NCBI GenBank assembly: GCA_020628865.1
Contig: JAHDEJ010000028.1
Span: 398-64,397, forward strand
Direction: 5' to 3'
DNA from: Acidimicrobiales bacterium
Lineage (GTDB): Bacteria > Actinomycetota > Acidimicrobiia > Acidimicrobiales > SHLQ01
Length of the DNA: 64,000 bases
In this document: piece by piece, positions 57,606 to 64,000 of the stretch
Layout of the letters: each line of letters opens with the position of its first letter
How positions within the stretch are numbered: position 1 is the stretch's first letter
Notes under the pieces: model-generated
Told to the model about the DNA's origin: nothing
Databases searched by the model: none
The model's input: only the letters and a program-made list of their open reading frames with translations
Program-made: the position numbers and the translations under genes

Positions 57606-59711
57606 CTATCCGGTCGCAGCGAGGTCGTTCTCGCGCTCTTCGATCTGGGTGACCACGTCGAAGGCGTCGACACCGGTGATGTTGTAGGTGCGTTTGGCGG
57701 ACTGGCCGCGCAGGTCGATGACGTTGTCGGACCGGTAGCCGACCGGCACGTTGTCGAGGATCGATCCAGTCGGGGTCCGTGCCGGCAGACCGGCGTTCGG
57801 GTCGCCGCCAGTGAAGCCGGCCTGGTCGAGGATGTAGCCGACACCGGGGAACCGGGAGGCGAAGTCCTGGATGGCCTGCCCGGCGCCTTCGATCTTGTCG
57901 AGCATGTCGTCGATGAACCCGATGACGCTGTTCACGACATCGCCCACGAACTCACCGAACCCGAGGAACACACCCCACAGGGCAGTTCCGAAGTCGCCGA
58001 CCGCTGGTGCAGCGTCATCGACCAGCCAGATGATGAAGTCGCCGAGCTTCTCACCGAGGAACTCGATGGTCGGGATGATGTTGTCGATGATGAACGACAC
58101 GAGATCCGCTGCGGCAGGGACGACGTCGTCGAGCAGCGCGCCGACGAAATCGAGGAACGCCGGAATCAGGTATTCGAGGACGAACGGGACGACGTACTCG
58201 TTGATTGCGTCGACGATGTCCATCAGGAACGGGATGACCGAGTCGCGGATGACGGCGACGACCTCGTTGAACGCCGGGACGAGGTGGTCGTTCAGGAAGC
58301 GGGACAGGGCATCGATGGTCGGCTGGGCGTGCTCGCGGACCTGAGCGATGAACGTCTGGATTCGGGGGACGAGCTCGTCGATGAAGTAGTCGCCGAGATC
58401 GATGAGGGTCGGGAGGATGTTCTGGGCGAACCAGCCCCACATCGACTGCAAGGTCGGGATGGCGTCGTCGCGGATGAACCCGACGAACAGCATGAACGCC
58501 GGGATGCCCTCTTCTTGGATCCAGTTGCCCATGGAGATGAGCGCGGGAACGACGTGCTCCATGATGAACACACCGGCCGTGTCGAGCTTCTCGGACAGCC
58601 GATCGAGGCCGCCGCCGTCGATCCAGGCGTCGATCCACGTGCCCAACATGTCCATGGCGTCGAGGACCTTGGGAAGGATCTTCTCGGCCAGCGTCGAGAA
58701 CGCGACGATGAGCTTGCCCTTGAGTTCGGCGAAGAGCTGGGCCCCGGACCGCCGCTGGTTCTGGTACAGCCGCTCGATGCCATCGAACGTCGCGTCGTTG
58801 ACCTCGACGAGCCGGTCGCGGACGGCGTCGAGGTTGGCCAGGTTCGCGTCGGCGAAGGCCTTCGCTTCGACCGAGCCGAAGAACTCCGAGAGCGACACGC
58901 CTTCGGCCTCGGCGGTCTCGCCGAGCTTCTGCAGGGCATCGAGGACGTCGCCGCCCCCATCGATGAACCCCTTGAACGACTGGCCGTCGAAGATCTCCTT
59001 GAACTTCTTGCCAACCTTGGACTCAGAGTTGGCGAGCTCGTTGAAGAAGTTCTTCGACGCCACCGCCGAGCGGGCGAGGTCCTGGGTTTGCTTCGATGAC
59101 TCGGTGAGCATCGACGCGACCGTGCCCATGTCGACACCGAGCACTGCGGCTGCAGCACCCGCTTCCGGCATGAACTTGGCGAACGTGCCCGCGTCGCCGA
59201 GTGCGTCCTTTGAGGCGACCTGGATCTTGGCGAACGTCGACTCGGCGTCTTCGCCGAAGGCGTTGAGACCGAGCGCAGCCACCCGGGCCGCCGTGTCGGC
59301 GTCGACAACGAGGCCGATGGCGGCCTTGCCGATGCGATCCATTTCGACAGCGAGGTCTTCGGTCTTGATACCGGCCGACAGGGCGGTGAACACCGCTTGG
59401 CCGGCACGGTCCGCGTCGAGACCGAACTGGGACACCATCTCATCGGTGACCGACTTCGCAATGTCGAGGCCGGCGCCAGACGCCACCTGAGCGAGCGGCA
59501 GTTTCGCATCGCGCAAGTTGAGGGTGCTCGAGATGCCCTCCTGCAGACCCTTGGCGATTCCGGCAGCAGCGAGCACACCGGCCGCGACAGCGCCACGGCC
59601 AGCCCACTTGCCCATTGCCCCGCCGACGCCAGTGGCGACGTCAGAGTGAAACGACGAGGTATCGCCGCGGACCTGGATTCGGGCGCTGCCGACCAGCGGG
59701 CCGAACGCCAT
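57606..59711 (-). CDS. Tail tape measure protein (701 aa)
   Basis: VGSARIQVRGD N-terminus, Ala/Gly helical core, periodic ..IP/VP.. amphipathic repeats. Confidence 0.9.
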   Translation of the reverse strand: MAFGPLVGSARIQVRGDTSSFHSDVATGVGGAMGKWAGRGAVAAGVLAAAGIAKGLQEGISSTLNLRDAKLPLAQVASGAGLDIAKSVTDEMVSQFGLDADRAGQAVFTALSAGIKTEDLAVEMDRIGKAAIGLVVDADTAARVAALGLNAFGEDAESTFAKIQVASKDALGDAGTFAKFMPEAGAAAAVLGVDMGTVASMLTESSKQTQDLARSAVASKNFFNELANSESKVGKKFKEIFDGQSFKGFIDGGGDVLDALQKLGETAEAEGVSLSEFFGSVEAKAFADANLANLDAVRDRLVEVNDATFDGIERLYQNQRRSGAQLFAELKGKLIVAFSTLAEKILPKVLDAMDMLGTWIDAWIDGGGLDRLSEKLDTAGVFIMEHVVPALISMGNWIQEEGIPAFMLFVGFIRDDAIPTLQSMWGWFAQNILPTLIDLGDYFIDELVPRIQTFIAQVREHAQPTIDALSRFLNDHLVPAFNEVVAVIRDSVIPFLMDIVDAINEYVVPFVLEYLIPAFLDFVGALLDDVVPAAADLVSFIIDNIIPTIEFLGEKLGDFIIWLVDDAAPAVGDFGTALWGVFLGFGEFVGDVVNSVIGFIDDMLDKIEGAGQAIQDFASRFPGVGYILDQAGFTGGDPNAGLPARTPTGSILDNVPVGYRSDNVIDLRGQSAKRTYNITGVDAFDVVTQIEERENDLAATG

Positions 59712-60073
59712 TAGAACGTCCCGCCGTCAGGGACCTGGTTGAGGCCTTCGTCGAACCACGACGGCGGCAACTGGCCGACGAGATGATCGGGCAGCGACCC
59801 GTCAGCGTCCTGCTGAAGCGGTCGGGCCCACACGTGCTCGAGTTCCTGACGCCGAAGCGCGATGTCGTCGAAGCCTTCCTTGGTGTTGGCGATCGTCGCC
59901 GAAAACTCAATCTCCCGGTGCAGGAACGCGTAGTAGACGTTCAGCTGCTCACGGATGGTCAGGCTGTGGAGGCTCCGCCCTGAGGAGAGGAGGAGTTCGC
60001 CGTCGAGTCGGGCACGGCGGGCGGGACTGGAGTGGAGGGATCCGAGGAGGACGAGTCCCCCTCGGTAGGGAAA
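59711..60073 (-). CDS. -1 frameshift extension of tail assembly chaperone (gpGT-like)
   Basis: Open -1 frame from the slippery site to the stop overlapping the tape measure ATG. Confidence 0.7.
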   Translation of the reverse strand, partial: FPYRGGLVLLGSLHSSPARRARLDGELLLSSGRSLHSLTIREQLNVYYAFLHREIEFSATIANTKEGFDDIALRRQELEHVWARPLQQDADGSLPDHLVGQLPPSWFDEGLNQVPDGGTF

Positions 60074-60417
60074 TCGAAGTACGCCTCGCAGACCGCACCG
60101 AAGATCTCGATGTACTCGGCGATGCCGATGTACGAGCCGTCGGGCTTCTTGCGCAGCATCAGCTGCCTGAAGCGCTTCTTGTCCCCGTCGAGGATGACGG
60201 CCTTCACGAAGTCCAACAGGAGCTTGTTCGCTTCGTTCTCGTCGATCTCCTCGCGTGGAGTCGTGATCATGACCGAGAACTCGATGCCCAACATGGCGGG
60301 GATCTCGGACTCGAGCCGGATGGTTTCGTCGTAGATGTCGAGCACCTGTCCGCCGGCCGCGATGTGGTCGGCGATCTCCTGCTCGCGGGGCGACAACTTC
60401 TTCTTCTGGTTCACCAT
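59959..60417 (-). CDS. Tail assembly chaperone (gpG-like)
   Basis: Upstream of tape measure; ..YFDFPT followed by Ser-rich tail. Confidence 0.8.
   Translation of the reverse strand: MVNQKKKLSPREQEIADHIAAGGQVLDIYDETIRLESEIPAMLGIEFSVMITTPREEIDENEANKLLLDFVKAVILDGDKKRFRQLMLRKKPDGSYIGIAEYIEIFGAVCEAYFDFPTEGDSSSSDPSTPVPPAVPDSTANSSSPQGGASTA
60067..60073 (-). other. Programmed -1 frameshift slippery heptamer T TTC CCT
   Basis: X XXY YYZ in the correct phase (GAT TTC CCT ACC). Confidence 0.7.
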
Positions 60418-60453
60418 ACGTAGAAAGTATCACCAGCGACGTGGGACCCTGCA

Positions 60454-60795
60454 TTAGAAGAACCCCCTGACGCCGAGCACCTCTTCGAGTGCAGTGGCCA
60501 GGAACGGTCGGGCCGGGTGTCGCCAGGTTCCATCGTGAACGTGGATGGCGTGGGCGGCATTGGCGAAGACCTCCCCTTCGGCGTCATTGCCCGATTCGGT
60601 CATCCGATGGCCGATCGAGCCGTGCAGTTCGCCGGATTCCTTGCCGACCATGTCGTCGTTGGTGAGCTGACGTGCGACCTCGGCGACCTCTTCGACGTTG
60701 TCCTCGACCATGGTCGACACCAGGCCGCCGCGCGCGACAAGGAGCGCGAAGAGCTTCGGTTCGTCGAAATCGATGGCGCCTACCCGAAAGTTCAT
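60454..60795 (-). CDS. HK97 gp10-like tail completion/neck protein
   Basis: SGELHGSI, YA-like HAIHVHDGT..PARPFL. Confidence 0.8.
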   Translation of the reverse strand: MNFRVGAIDFDEPKLFALLVARGGLVSTMVEDNVEEVAEVARQLTNDDMVGKESGELHGSIGHRMTESGNDAEGEVFANAAHAIHVHDGTWRHPARPFLATALEEVLGVRGFF

Positions 60796-61427
60796 TGTGT
60801 GATCGCCCCTCCGCCGTGGCCGCCGCATTCGGGGCAATCGGGGTCGCAGTGCGGGACCCGGTCCCATTCGACCCGGAACCGCCAGTTCCAGCCGCCCACA
60901 TCGCCGTTGTCGTGCGGGGTGACGTCACCGGGCAGGACCCGATGCAAGTCGACGTAGGGCTGGCCGGTTGCGAGCAGCTGCGGGTTCTGCAGGATCGTGA
61001 ACGTCTGCTGGACCATCACCGGCAACAGGTTCGACAGGATCGCGAAGTCGACGAGGAGTTCCTCTCCCGCGGCGGTGATCGAGGCGCCGTCCGGGAGCGG
61101 GTTGTCCGGGTCGTTCGTGATCGTCGGCTGGCACTTGCGGCGCAAACCAACCTGGAAATCGAGGACATAGGTGAAGTGGTGGCAGTTGAACCCGATCGAC
61201 TCGAGGAGCGGATCCGGCCAGTTCTCGGTGAGCGTCGGAGTCGACGGAAGCACCCAGCAGCCCACCCAGTCGCCGGCGTCGTCCTTCGGGGTGCCGTGGA
61301 TGGTCTTGACCTCGGCCGGCCGTCCGAGCGGCGAGAGCTCTTCGAGGCAGTCAGCCGCGGCAGCGCCGATCGCGCCGAACGCGCGAGGGAGAAGCAGGTA
61401 CGGGTTGTTCGGGTCGGTGAGATCCAT
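60792..61427 (-). CDS. Putative tail terminator protein
   Basis: Position; VGLRRKCQP, GDVGGWNW. Confidence 0.55.
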   Translation of the reverse strand: MDLTDPNNPYLLLPRAFGAIGAAAADCLEELSPLGRPAEVKTIHGTPKDDAGDWVGCWVLPSTPTLTENWPDPLLESIGFNCHHFTYVLDFQVGLRRKCQPTITNDPDNPLPDGASITAAGEELLVDFAILSNLLPVMVQQTFTILQNPQLLATGQPYVDLHRVLPGDVTPHDNGDVGGWNWRFRVEWDRVPHCDPDCPECGGHGGGAITQ

Positions 61428-63061
61428 CAGACACTCCGAACTCCCCGCGCCATCCAGTCATCAGCGCGGATGACCTTGGACTTGCGCGGCAGCTTGTGCG
61501 GGTTGATCGACGCCAGCCACTTGTCGACGAGCTCGATGCCGAACACCGACCGAGAGTTCGGGTCCATGGCGGCTTCGTCACGGGACAGCTTCTTGTCGAG
61601 GCTGTTGTTCGACTGGTAGGTGGCGATGATCCCGGCCCGGTTGAGGCGAGTCATGTAGTCGGTCGGCAGGCAGCCCGGCTCGCCGTGCATGATCTTGAGC
61701 GTCTCGTCGGCGACCATGCCGGCCAGGCGGGCCACATAGTTCGGGACCACTCGGCCCTGCAGGCAACGGATGGCCCACGCCGAATGCCAGTTGGCGTCGC
61801 GGTCGGCGAGGTCGGCGCGCACCTGCCGTTGCTTGTCCGACATCGGCGCCGGCGCGATCGTCATGCCCTGAATGTTCGGGCCCGCAGCGAAATGCACCTT
61901 GGTCAGCGGGTCGCCGTGCCGCTCGGCGTATGCGGCGCCCGGGTCGTCGCCGTAGACGAGCTGGATGTTGCGGTTCGGGAGCGTCAGGAGCCGTTGGATC
62001 TGCCAGTCCGGAGTGTCGGGCTTGATCACGATCGTTTCGAGCGGAAGCTCCGGCTCAGCGCAGGTCGACGTCGACACGACATGGGCCGAGCAGGCACAGT
62101 TCGTGGTCTGGCCGGGGCCCGAGCAGCAGCCGGTCGAGATGAGCGTCGGGGTGCCGGTGATCGTCGAGGTGCCGCCGCAGACGTAGCGGCGGCCGTCAGC
62201 CGAGTAGGTGTCGCCGTTGGCGTCGCGGCACTTCGCGCACGACCCCCACACGATCGACAGGCCCCGATCCGCAAGCCAGCTGCGGGCCCAGTCCGGGCAC
62301 TTGCCGGGATCGACGAGCTGGCCGACGTCAGGGAACTTCTCGAGCAGGCCGACGCACACGTCGTCAGCGTTGGCCGGGCCGGTCAGTTCCAGGCCGTATC
62401 GGGCGAGATGGGAGCGAGCCCAGTCAGGAAGATCAGGGCAGGCCTCCTCCGGAGGGCAGGACTGCACCGGAAGCATGTAGGGGCTGCGGTAGTCGTCGTT
62501 GCCGCACGGCCAACAGGTTCGTTCACCGGGGCGGGTGACGAGCTCGACGTGGCGGCGCCCGTAGCGGCGGTACCGGTTCGGGTCCCAGTATTCGCCGTTC
62601 TCGACGATCCACTTGATCTGCGCGATCGGGCCGGGGAGCCGAACCAGGGCGCCGACACACCAGCCGCACGAGCACGGGTTCGTCTGGCACGGCCGGATCT
62701 CCCGCTCCACGATCCCGTACTGGCGGCCCGATGCCGCCCACAGCAGATGCGAAGCGAGATCGATCGCGAATCGGCGATCGTCGAGATGCACGTCGTTCCA
62801 CCGGTCCGACAGATGTTCGGGCCCGCACCACGGATGGGCGACGCCTTCGAACGGCGGATCCGGGATCGGCTTCTCTGCCGGGGCCGGAGCGCCAAGGTTC
62901 GGGTCGAGGTTGGCCGCGCGAGGGTCATCGTTGGCCTCGAGCAACGTCGGACGAGGGTTCTCCTCGAACGGGTCGAACCGGTGGTCGACAGCGTCCGTGT
63001 CGTGCTCAGCAGAGCCCAGGTTGAGACGAGCAGGTTCCCACCGGGCGAGGTAGTCGCGCAC
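61427..63061 (-). CDS. Head-to-tail adaptor with large Cys-rich insertion
   Basis: ASHLLWAASGRQY, IRPC, LPGPI, GIELVDKWLASINPHKL; GTG start inferred. Confidence 0.7.
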   Translation of the reverse strand: MRDYLARWEPARLNLGSAEHDTDAVDHRFDPFEENPRPTLLEANDDPRAANLDPNLGAPAPAEKPIPDPPFEGVAHPWCGPEHLSDRWNDVHLDDRRFAIDLASHLLWAASGRQYGIVEREIRPCQTNPCSCGWCVGALVRLPGPIAQIKWIVENGEYWDPNRYRRYGRRHVELVTRPGERTCWPCGNDDYRSPYMLPVQSCPPEEACPDLPDWARSHLARYGLELTGPANADDVCVGLLEKFPDVGQLVDPGKCPDWARSWLADRGLSIVWGSCAKCRDANGDTYSADGRRYVCGGTSTITGTPTLISTGCCSGPGQTTNCACSAHVVSTSTCAEPELPLETIVIKPDTPDWQIQRLLTLPNRNIQLVYGDDPGAAYAERHGDPLTKVHFAAGPNIQGMTIAPAPMSDKQRQVRADLADRDANWHSAWAIRCLQGRVVPNYVARLAGMVADETLKIMHGEPGCLPTDYMTRLNRAGIIATYQSNNSLDKKLSRDEAAMDPNSRSVFGIELVDKWLASINPHKLPRKSKVIRADDWMARGVRSV

Positions 63062-63066
63062 CGGCC

Positions 63067-63831
63067 TCAGGCCGCGTACGAGCCGGCTGCGGTCATGGCC
63101 GGAAGGGTGTTGGTGCCGACCCAGCCGAGCACACCGCAATCACGGAACGCTTCGACGGCCGAGAAGTTGAGGTCCGGGTCGAACGCCGTGCCCGCCGGGG
63201 GCCGGTCAGTCTGCTGGGCGACCGGGGCATTTTCGTCGACGTTCGGGTCGAGGCCGAGCGCCGGGACGAACAGCCGGTTCGACTGGGCGTACCCTTCGAA
63301 CTCGAGATGCTGGGCGTTGCCCTTCGAGAACTCGATCGCGTTGGTGTGCTTCCACGCCGACACCCGAGGTGCGATCCACCGGGCATACGCGGCGCCGGTG
63401 TTGCCGGCGATGTCGCACGCATCCTTGTTGGAGTTGCGAGCCCACACCTCGACCTGCACCGAGTTGCGCTTCCCGCCGACCGTCGAGCACAGGCCGTCGC
63501 GGATCACGCCGCCGTAGATGTCGCCAGCCGTGTCCCGCAGAGCGGCGCCGCCGGTGAGCATCTCGATGTAGAGCGGGTTCAGCGAGCAGATCTTCTGCTT
63601 CACCATGAACCCCTTCAGGCGGGGATCGTCCTTGTCGTGGATGCAGATCGAACCATCAGCGAGGTACTCGACGATCTCGGCGCCGTCCTCCACGTCGGGT
63701 TCGAACGAGATCATCATGAACGCGTTGTCCGACAGCATGCGGTTCGCTGTGGTGAGCGGAACGTCGCATGCGTCCTGAGCAGTGAACCGCTGGCCGATGC
63801 CGACGACGCTAGAAGGGATGATGTGGGGCAC
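63067..63831 (-). CDS. Major tail protein
   Basis: DACDVP, EPDVEDGAEI..ADGSIC, VEVW; GGAGG RBS. Confidence 0.75.
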   Translation of the reverse strand: MPHIIPSSVVGIGQRFTAQDACDVPLTTANRMLSDNAFMMISFEPDVEDGAEIVEYLADGSICIHDKDDPRLKGFMVKQKICSLNPLYIEMLTGGAALRDTAGDIYGGVIRDGLCSTVGGKRNSVQVEVWARNSNKDACDIAGNTGAAYARWIAPRVSAWKHTNAIEFSKGNAQHLEFEGYAQSNRLFVPALGLDPNVDENAPVAQQTDRPPAGTAFDPDLNFSAVEAFRDCGVLGWVGTNTLPAMTAAGSYAA

Positions 63832-63904
63832 GGGGTCCTCCGAGGATCAGGCTGAGAGCTGTTTCTCGAAGGGCCCGGAACACCGGTGGTACGGCCCTGA
63901 CGCC

Positions 63905-63978
63905 AACCTACCCGCCGCCGCGGTCGGGCTGGGATTCTTCAGAAATCCCAGATTTTTTCGCGCACGATTCCGGAATCG
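63905..63978. promoter_or_regulatory. Regulatory region upstream of tail operon: leftward -10 and two palindromes
   Basis: TAGGTT (minus, 63905-63910); CTGGGATT-N7-AATCCCAG followed by T6; CGATTCCGGAATCG. Confidence 0.45.
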
Positions 63979-64000
63979 CGTACAAGATGGGCGTGACCCA

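Larger units (their letters stand above)
43553..64000. mobile_element. Siphovirus-type prophage, left part; continues beyond the window
   Basis: Integrase at tRNA junction, recombination operon, tail morphogenesis module. Confidence 0.92.

Noticed and set aside
708-63517. Many long antisense or alternate-frame ORFs (e.g. 708-2588, 8404-10518, 26526-28421, 61496-63517)
   Set aside because: Shadow ORFs of high-GC genes; they overlap well-supported CDSs and carry no motifs.

Overview
High-GC actinobacterial chromosome, probably Acidimicrobiia (inferred from gene content and frequent leaderless starts). 1-706: part of an IS481 element. 741-43.5k: host genes. These include a gnd-zwf-pgl operon, a cluster of OmpA/fasciclin/BON/RTX cell-surface proteins, Zn-free rpmB-rpmG, HtrA, an hpa-like meta-cleavage cluster with a LigA/LigB-type dioxygenase and a CYP116-like P450, and a polysaccharide operon. 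From about 43553 to the window end lies a siphovirus-type prophage: tyrosine integrase, protease/lipoprotein moron, tRNA, gam-bet-HNH-ssb-mazG operon and tail module. Main observation: the prophage boundary falls in the anticodon loop of a host tRNA-Arg(CCU). Only the 5' half is left (43515-43552) and the gene is not rebuilt at this junction. The prophage carries a different, complete tRNA-Arg(CCU) 3.6 kb inside (47150-47223). Next to it is a hairpin whose minus-strand loop is exactly complementary to a 12-nt RBS shared by the phage gam and ssb genes. All product calls come from motif recognition by eye; no searches were run.
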